Shown here: positions 48,325 to 59,275 of the stretch, piece by piece
Layout of the letters: each line of letters begins with the position of its first letter
How positions within the stretch are numbered: position 1 is the first letter of the stretch
Source: a virus
Lineage: Duplodnaviria > Caudoviricetes
Direction: 5' to 3' (one strand)
Length of the DNA: 64,000 bases
Virus record (IMG/VR): IMGVR_UViG_3300046690_000230
Coordinates: 2,191 to 66,190 of that record
Notes under the pieces: model-generated
What the model saw: only the letters and a program-made list of their open reading frames with translations
Databases searched by the model: none
What the model was told of the DNA's origin: nothing
Program-made: the position numbers and the translations under genes

Positions 48325-50704
48325 GCTGGCTTTCGTTTTACTTTTGCCGTCTATCGCTTTTGCTCAAGGGAACAGCGGCAAAACAACGCTTATTCAATCG
48401 TCTCTGCAGCCTCTTCCGAATTGCTCTCCTGCAACACAAGGGATTCAGGAGCCAATGATTTGGGACATAACCGCACAGTTACTGAAGACTTGCGGGCCTA
48501 CGGCTAATACCTGGACGGCGGTGGGCAGTGGAGGAGGAGGTGGTGGAGGTACTGTTACTAATTTTAGCATTGCTGGTAGCACTAGTCCTTACTTTTCTGC
48601 TGCGGTCACTTCGCCCACCTCGACCCCCCTTCTGACCTTCACAGTTACCTCACAGTCCGCTAACACGGTGGCGGCAGGGCCGGCAGGTGGAGGAGCGGTG
48701 GCACCAACCTTCCGTGCTCTCGTAGCAGCGGATATTCCTCCGATTAGCTTGGTAACAGGGGTTACGGGGAATCTGCCTGTTACGAATTTGAACTCAGGGA
48801 CGAGCGCAGGCCCAACCACATTCTGGGCAGGGGATGGGACATGGAAAATACCGGGAGGGTCTGGTTCAGTTTTTTCAATCGCTACCACTTCGCCAATCTT
48901 AGGCGGCACGATCACCACTACAGGCACCATTTCTTGCCCGACTTGCACCACGTCTGCTTCTGCCCTTACCGCCAACCGAATCCTTTTAGGTAATGCGTTA
49001 CAGGCCATTACCACGGTAGCTTCACTTGGCAGCACGACCACCGTTCTTCATGGCAATGCAGGCGGCGCTCCGACGTTTGGCGCAGTGGCTCTGACTACCG
49101 ACATTACTGGGAATCTTCCTGTTACCAACCTAAACAGCGGCACAGGGGCTAGTGGAGCGACGTTCTGGCGCGGCGATGGGACGTGGGCAGCTCCTCCGGG
49201 GTCGGGTACGGTTATGAACATTGTGTTTAGTTCTCCGCTAACGGGCGGAACGATCACAACGACAGGAACAGTGGGGTGTGCAACATGCGTAACCAGCGCA
49301 GCAAGTCTAACCGCAAACGCCGTAATAGTCGGAAGCGGAAGTCAAGGAAGCCAAGCACTAGCGAGCCTCGGAACAACAACGACACTGCTACATGGGAACG
49401 CGGCTGGTCTGCCTACTTTTGGAGCAGTCTCCTTATCGGCAGACGTGACGGGGAACCTTCCTGTCACAAACCTCAATTCAGGAACGTCGGCATCTAGCTC
49501 AACTTTCTGGCGCGGAGATGGCACATGGGCAACACCAGCGGGGAGTGGCAACGTAACAGCAGCGGGGACGTTGACCATCAACCAGATAGTATTGGGTGGG
49601 AACACGACTGCGGTCAGCACTCTCGGTAGCCTAGGTACAACTACACAAGTCTTGCACGGCAATGCTGGCGGGGCACCTAGTTTCGCGGCAGTGTCCCTGT
49701 CAGCGGACGTAACTGGCAACCTCCCGGTTACGAATCTGAATAGCGGAACGGCTGCGTCCAGCAGCACCTTCTGGAGAGGCGATGGAACATGGGCAGCACC
49801 TCCGGCGACAGGGATTACTTCACTGAACAGCCTGACTGGAACAGCGCAGACTTTTGCGACTGGTACAACGGGCGCAGACTTCAATATCTCATCCAGCGGA
49901 ACTACGCATACCTTCAACATTCCGTCAGCGTCAACAGCAAACCGTGGGTTGATGACGATAGCGGCCCAATCCTTTTTGGGTGCAAAGACGTTCACTCTAG
50001 GCACCATTACAAGCGCGGCTAGTCCTATCGCTTCAACAGCGACATGGAATAGTGGAGCAACAACGTTTGATGGCTGGACAGAGGATGTAACAGATACTGC
50101 TTCAGCGGCTGGCTCGTTCCTGATGCGTCTTCGCGTAGGTGGGACTTCTCAGTTTTCGGTGAACAAGAGCGGTGTGGTGACCGCACTCGGTGCCCTGACG
50201 GCAGTGAGCTTGACATCGAATGGCGCTGGTAGCGGTAAACTCGCGCTCACCGCTTCCGGTGGTGGTACATTCGGCTGGCAGGCTCCTGCCGTTGTTTCTA
50301 GCTATACATGGACAGTTCCTGGTGCCGATGCGGCTGGCATTGTTCAATCGGATGGCGCAGGCGTACTCAGCGTCAATACAGCCATTCGTCAGGGAACGCC
50401 TTCAGTCAATTCTGGATTTGGCACTAGTCCAAGTTGCAGTCCTTGCGTTAATCCTTTGGCTTTCACGGTAACGGTTGGTTCTGCACCAGGAAACAGCGGC
50501 GTGCTCACCTTGCCCACGGCTCCGGCAGGATGGACTTGCTGGGTCAATAACCGTACTGCGGCTCTCAACAACCGAGCCGACAACACACGCCAGACGGATT
50601 CTACAACCACCAGCGCAACGTTTCAGAACCAGACAACTTCAACGGGTGCGGCCATCGCTTTTACGGCATCCGATGTTTTACGGTTTACCTGTGTGGCTTT
50701 ATAA
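48302..50704 (+). CDS. tail fibre with internal repeats and signal-like N-terminus
   Basis: 4 x [12 protein letters not shown]...FW.GDGTW. Confidence 0.75.
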   Translation: MTSCLLRRLAFVLLLPSIAFAQGNSGKTTLIQSSLQPLPNCSPATQGIQEPMIWDITAQLLKTCGPTANTWTAVGSGGGGGGGTVTNFSIAGSTSPYFSAAVTSPTSTPLLTFTVTSQSANTVAAGPAGGGAVAPTFRALVAADIPPISLVTGVTGNLPVTNLNSGTSAGPTTFWAGDGTWKIPGGSGSVFSIATTSPILGGTITTTGTISCPTCTTSASALTANRILLGNALQAITTVASLGSTTTVLHGNAGGAPTFGAVALTTDITGNLPVTNLNSGTGASGATFWRGDGTWAAPPGSGTVMNIVFSSPLTGGTITTTGTVGCATCVTSAASLTANAVIVGSGSQGSQALASLGTTTTLLHGNAAGLPTFGAVSLSADVTGNLPVTNLNSGTSASSSTFWRGDGTWATPAGSGNVTAAGTLTINQIVLGGNTTAVSTLGSLGTTTQVLHGNAGGAPSFAAVSLSADVTGNLPVTNLNSGTAASSSTFWRGDGTWAAPPATGITSLNSLTGTAQTFATGTTGADFNISSSGTTHTFNIPSASTANRGLMTIAAQSFLGAKTFTLGTITSAASPIASTATWNSGATTFDGWTEDVTDTASAAGSFLMRLRVGGTSQFSVNKSGVVTALGALTAVSLTSNGAGSGKLALTASGGGTFGWQAPAVVSSYTWTVPGADAAGIVQSDGAGVLSVNTAIRQGTPSVNSGFGTSPSCSPCVNPLAFTVTVGSAPGNSGVLTLPTAPAGWTCWVNNRTAALNNRADNTRQTDSTTTSATFQNQTTSTGAAIAFTASDVLRFTCVAL
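48767..49800 (+). repeat. intragenic peptide repeat, 4 copies
   Basis: [12 protein letters not shown] starts at 48767, 49109, 49451 and 49715. Confidence 0.85.
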
Positions 50705-50707
50705 CCT

Positions 50708-53044
50708 ATGCCCGTAATCTCAGCACTGACGTATACGGTGACAGATAGCACCATTGTCGCTGTATGGACTACAGACGTTCCTGCAGACTCCAATCTGACT
50801 GCTGGTAGTAAAGCGGCTATTGATAATGGAGTGGCGGCATCAAGCACTAGCCATCAATGTGTGGTTCCTGGCCTGTTGCCTAATACACTTTACCCATGCT
50901 TTGTTACTTCGGGCGGTTCAAGTTCTAATCCTCAAAACGTCCGTACCAACCCTGCCCAGAATCGTCTGCTGATAACTTCTGGAACGATGGGTGCTATCAC
51001 TGCAGGAACAACTCCTGCAGGTGACACTTACCGCTCGTTCGTGTCGAGTGACAATGCCACTTACATGACGCAGGACGATGGGAAAGGATTCATCGTAGGT
51101 TCTCCCAGTTCTGGCTATAACACGCAAATTGGGAAGATTTCCAACGAAACAACACTTGCCGGAACGCTGATTAGTCTTACGAATTATGGAGCGTTAAACA
51201 GTAGCTCTGGAACGGATGGACCTGCTGGCGCTGCCATGTCCAACAAGTCCACTGGCTTGTTTGGACTGAATGGCAATCTGCACTGCTTTGTCTATCGGCA
51301 ATTCCCTCCAACGTACACGACGAATCGTTATTGCAACTGGATAAAGTCTACTGACCACGGAGCAACGTGGAATAACTTCACGGCACTATCAACATTCGTT
51401 GCAAATGGGAATCCGGTAACGCCCAACAGCCCTGCGGAGCCGATTCAGTTCTACGTCAATACCATAGGAATCGTTACGCCAGTTCTGTACGCGGCTGACG
51501 ATGGCACGCTCGGATATAACACAGCGGGACAACAAATCGATGGCGGCAATGCGTATGTGTACTGTTCTTTCGTCAAAGACAATACGCCACTGTACATGCT
51601 GCGGATTCCGCGTATTCAATTTGATGCACAGACCAGCAGTGCTTTCGAGTATTGGGTAGGTTCGGTTTCTCCAGCGGTAGCAGATTTCGTGAACGATGCG
51701 AACTGGTCCTCTTCGCCAACCAGCGCCACTAACATTTTACCAGGAGCGACTGTAGGTGCATGGTGGCAGATAGCGTTCGTGCCGCGAATCAATTCCTACA
51801 TTATGACTACTTGGGTAGGATTGGCTCCTGGTTCGCGGCTTCAGTGCTATTCATCACCTACACCTGCTGGCCCTTGGACTTTGGCTTTCAATGGCGCTGC
51901 TAATACCACTGTAGGAAGCATCTGGTACGGTCCATTCCCATTTCATCGGGACATTATTACCAATACTCGCACGGACCAGATTACGACTCGCATCGTCTTT
52001 CAAGGTGAATCATCGGGAGCGAACTACAAACCTAATTGGGCGACCCTAACACTTTTCGTTAATGCATCTACGCCATCGACAAACACATTTATTCAAGGTG
52101 CTCAATCCAGCACCAACCAAGCTGCTCCTTATACGCTGCAATATCCAGGGAATGTCACTACGGGGAATTTACTCATAGCGGCTTGGCGACGTGGTCAAGC
52201 TGGGGCGATTACCGATGTACACGACGATCAGAATGGTGTAGGCAATCCTTGGACTATTGTCTACGACACTTTTGACAGTGGTGGTGCGGCTTCTGTCTAT
52301 GGAGGCTGGGCTTACCTATTCTCGACCGTAACCAGTTCCACTCATCCTACGGTTACGATAACTGGAGCAGGCGTAGGTTCGGGATTAGTGGTCATTGCCG
52401 AATATAATGGGCCAAGTTTGGTTCGAGAGTTATCTGCGGTTGGAAAGACAGGAGCGCCAACGCCAGTTAGTCCAGCGATTACCACAGACCAAGCAGGAGA
52501 CTTGCTGATTGGCGTATGCGGACTTAACACCAGTACTGCGCTTACCGCAGGTTCTGGATACGTACTTCGGGAGAGATCGAGTCTAGCTGGTCCAACATTC
52601 TTCTCCGCGATCGAAGACAATCTGAATGCGGCTGGCGGTTCGATTACGGCTTCATTCACTGCTACAGGTTCGGCTACAACCACGGCTGGCATCGGAGCTT
52701 TCTACGGTTTTGCGCTAGAGTTCACTATATCAGGTAGCGCAGGAGTAGCAGGAGCAACGCTGAGTTATGTAGGGACATCCAGCGGCAGCGTGGTAGCGGA
52801 TTCTTCTGGGAACTATGTAATCCAGAATCTGTTTGCTGGCTCCTATACGATTACCCCTTCACTGGCTGGATATACATTTGTTCCAGTGGTTTCAACTCTG
52901 CAAACCATTACTAATGCAAACATAACAGGTGTAAACTTCACGGCAACTGGAACGGGTGGCGGTGGTACAGGACTTGGAACAAGCTATCTTGGTTCACCGA
53001 TACGGTATTGTTCTAGGGTAGATACCGAAGTAGCAATGGGATAA
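50708..53044 (+). CDS. multidomain beta protein (FN3-like, propeller/hydrolase-like, Ig-like)
   Basis: W.TDVPADS..GLLPNTLY; Asp-box KSTDHGATW; SPTPAGPW; GSYTITPSLAGYTF. Confidence 0.6.
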   Translation: MPVISALTYTVTDSTIVAVWTTDVPADSNLTAGSKAAIDNGVAASSTSHQCVVPGLLPNTLYPCFVTSGGSSSNPQNVRTNPAQNRLLITSGTMGAITAGTTPAGDTYRSFVSSDNATYMTQDDGKGFIVGSPSSGYNTQIGKISNETTLAGTLISLTNYGALNSSSGTDGPAGAAMSNKSTGLFGLNGNLHCFVYRQFPPTYTTNRYCNWIKSTDHGATWNNFTALSTFVANGNPVTPNSPAEPIQFYVNTIGIVTPVLYAADDGTLGYNTAGQQIDGGNAYVYCSFVKDNTPLYMLRIPRIQFDAQTSSAFEYWVGSVSPAVADFVNDANWSSSPTSATNILPGATVGAWWQIAFVPRINSYIMTTWVGLAPGSRLQCYSSPTPAGPWTLAFNGAANTTVGSIWYGPFPFHRDIITNTRTDQITTRIVFQGESSGANYKPNWATLTLFVNASTPSTNTFIQGAQSSTNQAAPYTLQYPGNVTTGNLLIAAWRRGQAGAITDVHDDQNGVGNPWTIVYDTFDSGGAASVYGGWAYLFSTVTSSTHPTVTITGAGVGSGLVVIAEYNGPSLVRELSAVGKTGAPTPVSPAITTDQAGDLLIGVCGLNTSTALTAGSGYVLRERSSLAGPTFFSAIEDNLNAAGGSITASFTATGSATTTAGIGAFYGFALEFTISGSAGVAGATLSYVGTSSGSVVADSSGNYVIQNLFAGSYTITPSLAGYTFVPVVSTLQTITNANITGVNFTATGTGGGGTGLGTSYLGSPIRYCSRVDTEVAMG

Positions 53045-53054
53045 AGGAGAGTAA

Positions 53055-53492
53055 ATGGCTAATTCAGTTCTAAAGAATCCACAAGGTCCGTTCTGGCCTC
53101 TTGGCAGCATAGTGGTTACGACGCCGGGAACTCCAGTGCGTATGACTTCGCTGGTAGACCCTACGGGCGTCAATGCTCCTGAGAGTGCCACGTCTGCTAC
53201 TTCTGCTGAGTACACGGTACGAGCGCAGCAGATTTATGTTCAGGGCATGAAGTCAAACTCTGGCTCCGGCTTGACTAACAACACTGGCAATATCTATGTG
53301 TGCCTAAAGCCGGCAGGCAGTGGCTCAGGTGGCAGAGCGGATACCGGAGTGATTGTCCTTGCGGTGCCAGCGGGACAGACGGGTGTCATTGCATCGTCGG
53401 CCATGAATAGAAACGTGTTCACGCCTTATCAGCTTTATATTGACGCAGATAACGCTTCAGACGCAGCACAAATTTGCTTGGTAATACAGTAA
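53055..53492 (+). CDS. structural protein, paralogue of 43194..43628
   Basis: SD AAGGAG; full-length similarity visible by eye. Confidence 0.7.
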   Translation: MANSVLKNPQGPFWPLGSIVVTTPGTPVRMTSLVDPTGVNAPESATSATSAEYTVRAQQIYVQGMKSNSGSGLTNNTGNIYVCLKPAGSGSGGRADTGVIVLAVPAGQTGVIASSAMNRNVFTPYQLYIDADNASDAAQICLVIQ

Positions 53493-53494
53493 TT

Positions 53495-54100
53495 ATGTTA
53501 TCAACTGAGATAACTTCGGAGATGCGTTTTGGAAGATGGACTACCATTTCCAAGAACTATGTGCCTATGCATGTTACTTGGAAATGCCATTGTGATTGTG
53601 GAACGATTAGAGAAGTATGGGATTTTAGTTTGATCCGTGGGCAAAGTGTCAGTTGCGGATGTTTTCAAAAGCAAAGAACCATTGAAGTGCAGACCACTCA
53701 TTCCATGTCCAAATCGAAGGAATATCGCAAGTGGTTGTCTATGAAACAACGTTGTTACAACCAAAAACATACAAGCTATCCGAATTATGGTGGGCGTGGA
53801 ATAGCAGTTTGTGATAGTTGGAAGAACTCCTTTGAAAACTTCTATGCGGACATGGGGCCGTGTCCTTCAGGATTGGAACTAGACCGAATCTACGTCAATG
53901 GAAATTATGAACCTGGAAACTGTCGTTGGGCTACAGATTCGGAACAATCCAACAATAAAAGAAAAATAGTACGAACCACTTGCCATGCTGGCCATTCAGT
54001 CTGTCCTGAGAATACATATACACTTTCTAATGGAATTACAGGGTGTCTACCATGCAGAAGAATCAGATATAAGCGTTGGAAAGAAAAGAAGGCTGCATGA
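53495..54100 (+). CDS. HNH homing endonuclease
   Basis: CHCDCG, NYGGRGIAVCDSW, LDRI..NGNYEPGNCRWAT, CHAGH..CLPC. Confidence 0.88.
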   Translation: MLSTEITSEMRFGRWTTISKNYVPMHVTWKCHCDCGTIREVWDFSLIRGQSVSCGCFQKQRTIEVQTTHSMSKSKEYRKWLSMKQRCYNQKHTSYPNYGGRGIAVCDSWKNSFENFYADMGPCPSGLELDRIYVNGNYEPGNCRWATDSEQSNNKRKIVRTTCHAGHSVCPENTYTLSNGITGCLPCRRIRYKRWKEKKAA

Positions 54101-54483
54101 CCGCCGAGATTCATTACCGCTGGATTAGTGGCCCTGAATGTTCCGATGAGGAATGGGCGGTGCTCGATGAGATTGTGGCTAAACAGGGCTGGATGGTGTG
54201 GAATAAAGAGACAACGATGGTGCGGGTGGCGGAGCATGATGGCGAGATTATAGCCTTCTACCCTGTCCAATTAATACCACATGCCGAGCCCTTATACGTC
54301 AAAGAAGAGTTTCGTGGCAATGGCATAGCGAACCAGTTGGCCGATGATGTAGTGGAATGGCTGACGCTGATTGAAGCTAGAGGGTGGCTGGCGATAGCGG
54401 ACAATCCGATAGCGGCCAAGATGTGTGAAGAACGAGGATGGCAGAAATTAGGTTCTCCAGTTTACTTTGTGGTGAGGGATTAA
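54097..54483 (+). CDS. GNAT acetyltransferase-like protein preceding the ejection proteins
   Basis: LYVKEEFRGNGIANQL (GNAT motif A). Confidence 0.7.
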   Translation: MTAEIHYRWISGPECSDEEWAVLDEIVAKQGWMVWNKETTMVRVAEHDGEIIAFYPVQLIPHAEPLYVKEEFRGNGIANQLADDVVEWLTLIEARGWLAIADNPIAAKMCEERGWQKLGSPVYFVVRD

Positions 54484-54484
54484 T

Positions 54485-55132
54485 ATGGCAGGACTATTTA
54501 CTTCTTTAGTTGGCTCCGGCGCTTTAGGTGGTTCATCGGCCAAACGTGACAGGTCGGACTATCTTGACTCACAGTCACGCATGGGAAATGTCTTCAACCA
54601 AGCGTTTGGTTTTGGACAAGGACTAGAAAATCGTGGTACAGCAGCTACGGGTCAAGGTATGCAGGACTTGGGCACTTCTGGAAACTTTTTCCGCAGGTTG
54701 ACTAGCGGTAATCGTGCAGCTACTACCGAAGCGATGGCACCGCAGATTAATGCGGTAGAATCACAGGGCGATGCTGAAAGAAGACAGCAAGCCTCTCTTG
54801 GTACAGCACGTGGCGGAGGAGCAGCAGGAGTGAATCAGGACGCTCGCTCTCGACGTATGGCGGCCATCGACAATATGCTGTTTGGAGCACAGACCGGAGC
54901 GGCCAAGGAAGTAGGAGACATCGGACGCACTGAGGCTGGTGTAGGTTTGGGTGAGACTGGGCAGGGCATTGGCGCAGTGAGTGGTGCTGGTGACCTTGCA
55001 GCAAAAGCAGGAGAAGAATCCTTGGCATCTAGAAAACTTTCAGATGAAATGCACCGCCAAGCAACTGGTGATATTTCTAAGGGAATTACAGGAACTCTTG
55101 CAAATATATTCAAGATGATAGGGATTCACTAA
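54485..55132 (+). CDS. putative DNA ejection/internal virion protein
   Basis: Gly/Ala/Gln-rich helical protein; podovirus synteny. Confidence 0.55.
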   Translation: MAGLFTSLVGSGALGGSSAKRDRSDYLDSQSRMGNVFNQAFGFGQGLENRGTAATGQGMQDLGTSGNFFRRLTSGNRAATTEAMAPQINAVESQGDAERRQQASLGTARGGGAAGVNQDARSRRMAAIDNMLFGAQTGAAKEVGDIGRTEAGVGLGETGQGIGAVSGAGDLAAKAGEESLASRKLSDEMHRQATGDISKGITGTLANIFKMIGIH

Positions 55133-57154
55133 ATGGCCCCACAACAACCTACTACTAGCGACCCTTACGCGCAGGATCAGATAACCCAAGTCCCTGCTGA
55201 CCGTAGAGAAGGATTCTTGGGCTTAATGGGCGGCGATGTTGAAGGTTCTCCCATGAGTGAAATGATAAAACAACATCATTCCGCTCGTCTTGCTAATGCC
55301 CAGATGTATGCCAACGCATCTAAGACTGCTGTTGGGAATTATCTCCACGCCCAGCAAGGCATCGACCCGCGCACCAATCAGCGCTTCGATGATCCTGACT
55401 ACAAGGGAATTAACCCGATTACTGGGCAGCCTTTCGCCAATGCCCAAGAAGCTAAAGATGCTCTGCAACAGTACTACAACAATCAGCACGAAGAAGCGTG
55501 GGGCAACTACACAAAGATTGCTGGCGTAAACCCAGAAGCTAAAGGGGCGCTGGGTAAGGCACAAGCCATCTTGCAGCACATCATGGGGCAAGGCGCGGTG
55601 CAGGGTGTGCCGCAGCAACAACCGCAACGAGGTGGACAGATGGCCGCTCCACCCGCTCCATCTACTCCTAACTATCCCACTACAGTCGGAGAGGCTGGTG
55701 TTACTCAAACGGCAGCCCCACAAGCAAGAGGTATGGCACCTCCGCCGCAGGCACCTAGTGGTCCAAGTTTTTTAGCACAAGCCCCATTCCTCCGAGCACA
55801 AGAGGAGTTTACTAGAGGACTGGGGCAACGTAAGGCAGAAATGGTTTCCGATGTGGACACCCGTACAGCCCTAGTTAACAAGGTCATACCTGAAGCAGAC
55901 CGAGAGAAGCCCTATGTGCAGGACTATAAACTTACGGGGAACATTTCCAGAGGTATGGCGGCCCAGTTTAAGATGCAGCGAGGGCCGTTGGTTATGGATG
56001 AGTACGGCATTCCTCATGCAACTTTCGTTAACCCAGATACTTCCGTTGGTGGAATAGTAGATTCAATCAACATGCAGCCCATAACAAAAGGAACTCCAAT
56101 CTCTCAATCTGATTTGTCTGCACACCAGATTTTCTATGAAGGTCCAGGTGGAGAGAAACTATTTGGATATACTTTTGGAACTGGTGAGAACAAAAAGCTA
56201 TACGACCAAGGGTTTCAGGAACTTCCAGCAGGTACTAAGGGATGGTCTGCTGCTGATGTAGTTAAAACCACCAAAGGAAGTGCAGAGCGAATTGACTCTG
56301 TTACGGGGGAGCGTCAAATCCTGCACACTACCAGAACTATAGGGCCGCAAAACAAAGTTGCTCCGGCTGTTACAGCACCTGCGGTTCAAGGTCCGCCATC
56401 TCCAAATAGTACTCCTCTGCCTCCTGCTGGAACCAAGATTACAGGACCAGGGGGATACAAGGCGGGAACGCAACAAGCTCCAGCGACCAATAAGCCTTCC
56501 TCTTCGCCAACAGGTAAATTGTCTGGACCTACAGGTGTCATAGCTGACCAAGATGCTCGCCGCGAAGAGGCGTATCAGAAGCGCACAAACCTTAAGAATC
56601 TGACCAGTTCCACCAGAACGATGGTTGAATTTGCTCCAAAGGTGAATAACTTCATTGATCGTATTGAGCCACAGATTGATGGCTTACAGAATGAACTTGG
56701 TCCAGTCGCTGGACGGTGGAACGAGTTCTGGACCGGAAAAGTTGGAACAAGCAACCCTGAATATATGAAGCTGCGTACCAATGTTGATTTGCTTACAACG
56801 GCATTGATGAAGATGCACGTTGGCGCTCGTGGCAGCGACATGATTATGCAGCACTTCAAAGACCTCATCGCTCAAGGAAAACAAAGTCCCGACAATATGA
56901 AGGCGGCGCTTGAAGAAATCAAATCATACGCTGGAGATATTATTCAAGAGGGTAAGGATGCTGGCGTTGACCCCACTACTCCTATCGTGAGAGGCCGGAA
57001 TGCGATGCCTGCTCCGCCTACCGCTCCTACTACAACAAAAGCGTCTTCTGCTGGTGGCAGTCTTGGCTATACGGACGGCGGAAAGAACTACAACATTCCC
57101 AAGGAAATGGTTGCAGACTTCTTGAAAGACCACCCCAATGCCAAACCAAGATGA
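55133..57154 (+). CDS. putative DNA ejection/internal virion protein
   Basis: Low-complexity Pro/Gln linkers; synteny. Confidence 0.5.
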   Translation: MAPQQPTTSDPYAQDQITQVPADRREGFLGLMGGDVEGSPMSEMIKQHHSARLANAQMYANASKTAVGNYLHAQQGIDPRTNQRFDDPDYKGINPITGQPFANAQEAKDALQQYYNNQHEEAWGNYTKIAGVNPEAKGALGKAQAILQHIMGQGAVQGVPQQQPQRGGQMAAPPAPSTPNYPTTVGEAGVTQTAAPQARGMAPPPQAPSGPSFLAQAPFLRAQEEFTRGLGQRKAEMVSDVDTRTALVNKVIPEADREKPYVQDYKLTGNISRGMAAQFKMQRGPLVMDEYGIPHATFVNPDTSVGGIVDSINMQPITKGTPISQSDLSAHQIFYEGPGGEKLFGYTFGTGENKKLYDQGFQELPAGTKGWSAADVVKTTKGSAERIDSVTGERQILHTTRTIGPQNKVAPAVTAPAVQGPPSPNSTPLPPAGTKITGPGGYKAGTQQAPATNKPSSSPTGKLSGPTGVIADQDARREEAYQKRTNLKNLTSSTRTMVEFAPKVNNFIDRIEPQIDGLQNELGPVAGRWNEFWTGKVGTSNPEYMKLRTNVDLLTTALMKMHVGARGSDMIMQHFKDLIAQGKQSPDNMKAALEEIKSYAGDIIQEGKDAGVDPTTPIVRGRNAMPAPPTAPTTTKASSAGGSLGYTDGGKNYNIPKEMVADFLKDHPNAKPR

Positions 57155-58289
57155 CAAGTGGGCACAGTTTGAAGATAAGGGTGGCGGTGACAAATGGGCA
57201 AAATATGTCGCTCCTGAAACAGGACCATCCACATATAGCAAACTAACTGCTGGCTACAATCCAGATGTAGAACAGTTTGCACAAAACCATCCCGTCCTTG
57301 GACCTGCCGTAAGGTTCCTAGACGCTGCTGGCGGGGCAGCAATGGCAACTCCTGAAGGGATTTATAACGCTTTACGTCATCCAGTTGATACTGCAAAAGG
57401 TGCCCTTGAAAGTATCGCTGCATGGAAAGACCCCAATGTTCGCGCTGGTGCATTGAGTGTTCTTCCTGAAGCGCTAGGGCAAGGCGTTGGAAACGTTGCG
57501 GGTGGAGAAGCGATTGGTGCCGTAGCACCTAAAGTTGTCAAAGGGATTCCTGAAGCTGCCAAGAGAACACATGGCAAGATAGCCGAAACGTTTCGACAGG
57601 AAGGCGGCACTGGCCCCATAAAACCAGGAGTTCATGCTGCTTCTAGGTTGGTAGGTATGGGAGCAGGACATTATACAGGCATACCTGGACTTGGAGAGTT
57701 AGGTGGATATGTCATTGCTCCAGAGGTAGCGGAAGCGCTAATTCCCAAGAAAAGTGGTGGAGCACCCGCTGCAGTGGGAGAGACTGCGGAATCTTTTTCT
57801 AAACAGCAACGCTCTGCTGCTTACGAAGAGATGAACAAAGATTTCGCTAAAAAGACTGCTGCTAAAGCTAAAGCTGATGCCGCCGCAGCGAAGGCTGCTG
57901 AGAAACTAGCCAAGAACGCGCCACCACCCAATCCTTTTGCTGGCATGACTTCTAGTGCTGCACCTGTTGGCAGCGCAGAACTTCCTCCAGCTACAGGAGC
58001 GCAAGCGCCATTTCCTGCCGTGACACGCAAGGCGCAGATGGCCGCACCTCCAACGCCAGAAACACCTCCATCAACAGGAGGACCACTCGACATAACGCAG
58101 CCTAAGACCAGCCTGCTCTCTCGTGGGAGAACGGTAATACAACCAGGAATGGAACCTGATATGAGCAACCCAGCCCACGTAAAGATGATTAACGACTACC
58201 AGACTATCTCTGGCCCTAAACTTCGTGAACTGGCTGGTGCTGGCGACCGCTTCGCTGCGTTTGTACTTCGCCACATGCCAAGGCCATGA
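57138..58289 (+). CDS. putative DNA ejection/internal virion protein
   Basis: DKWAQFED..DKWAKY N-terminus, Ala/Gly-rich. Confidence 0.5.
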   Translation: MPNQDDKWAQFEDKGGGDKWAKYVAPETGPSTYSKLTAGYNPDVEQFAQNHPVLGPAVRFLDAAGGAAMATPEGIYNALRHPVDTAKGALESIAAWKDPNVRAGALSVLPEALGQGVGNVAGGEAIGAVAPKVVKGIPEAAKRTHGKIAETFRQEGGTGPIKPGVHAASRLVGMGAGHYTGIPGLGELGGYVIAPEVAEALIPKKSGGAPAAVGETAESFSKQQRSAAYEEMNKDFAKKTAAKAKADAAAAKAAEKLAKNAPPPNPFAGMTSSAAPVGSAELPPATGAQAPFPAVTRKAQMAAPPTPETPPSTGGPLDITQPKTSLLSRGRTVIQPGMEPDMSNPAHVKMINDYQTISGPKLRELAGAGDRFAAFVLRHMPRP

Positions 58290-59275
58290 CGTTCCAGATT
58301 GATGCAGCCATCCTCCATGAAAAACAGTCCTGTTTACGCAAAGCCAACCTAGGCCATGAATGGAACTACAGGCTGTGGCGGGCGAAGTCCCTCTTTGATG
58401 TGTTGCTGCGGCGCGGCATTCTGCAACTCTCCAAAGGTATCGCGGTAGCGCAAGCAGCTGGCGAAGCCAAAGCTACCTTCCTAGAGAAAGCGACTGAACC
58501 AGGACTAGACCTCATCGGCAAAGACCCTTGGGAAGCATCGAAGGGCTGGACTTCGTTGCTGGAGAGCGTGCTGCATGGCCTAGCTAAGAGTCCGCTACCT
58601 GTCCTGCACGACCCGCACCCCGCTAAGTTGACTGCTTCGATGGAGTGGAGATTCCTTTCATGGGCCGATGATTCTGGGCAGCTTCATCGCTGGGTGACGG
58701 TGGATGCGCTCGACAGAGATGCCCTCGCTAGAGAGATGCACTCCTGGCGCACGGTGGGAGATTTGTGCCTGTCACGTACTCCGATGGTGCTGCACGTTAT
58801 TGTGATTGGTCAGCAAAGACAGGTGGGACATTTCGCTTCTGCTTGGACTCGGACCTGGCGGCATCCCGCTATGCCCAATCTCCGCTGGCAGTTCTTAAAG
58901 CCAGAAGACTCTACGACGTGGAAGCCGCTCTACCTTTGCGACATTCCAGACATCTCAGCCGAAGAGTGGGTGGAGATGGCGTGGGGACAAGGCGCTCTCC
59001 AGCCATTGATGCAGGACTTTCTCGTAGAAGAACCTTCTGAAGAAACACGCATGGAGACGCTGCGGCAGATTACGCTGGAAGCGGTGGACACCAAGAAGGC
59101 CATAGAAGCGCACTGGCATGAACTCCCCATGAGCCGTGGCGTGTGTGACTTGTTCGTACCGTGTGTTTATCAACCCGTATGCCATTCTCAGGAATTGGTG
59201 GACATTGAAAGTACAGGCTTGTATGTACGAAAGAAGCCTATTACAGTGTCAGTCAAACAAGGGAGCGCCCAATGA
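58286..59275 (+). CDS. degenerate PD-(D/E)XK / Cas4-AddB-like protein with 1+3 Cys pattern
   Basis: N-terminal QSCLRK and C-terminal CDLFVPCVYQPVC; no clear D..(D/E)xK. Confidence 0.5.
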   Translation: MTFQIDAAILHEKQSCLRKANLGHEWNYRLWRAKSLFDVLLRRGILQLSKGIAVAQAAGEAKATFLEKATEPGLDLIGKDPWEASKGWTSLLESVLHGLAKSPLPVLHDPHPAKLTASMEWRFLSWADDSGQLHRWVTVDALDRDALAREMHSWRTVGDLCLSRTPMVLHVIVIGQQRQVGHFASAWTRTWRHPAMPNLRWQFLKPEDSTTWKPLYLCDIPDISAEEWVEMAWGQGALQPLMQDFLVEEPSEETRMETLRQITLEAVDTKKAIEAHWHELPMSRGVCDLFVPCVYQPVCHSQELVDIESTGLYVRKKPITVSVKQGSAQ

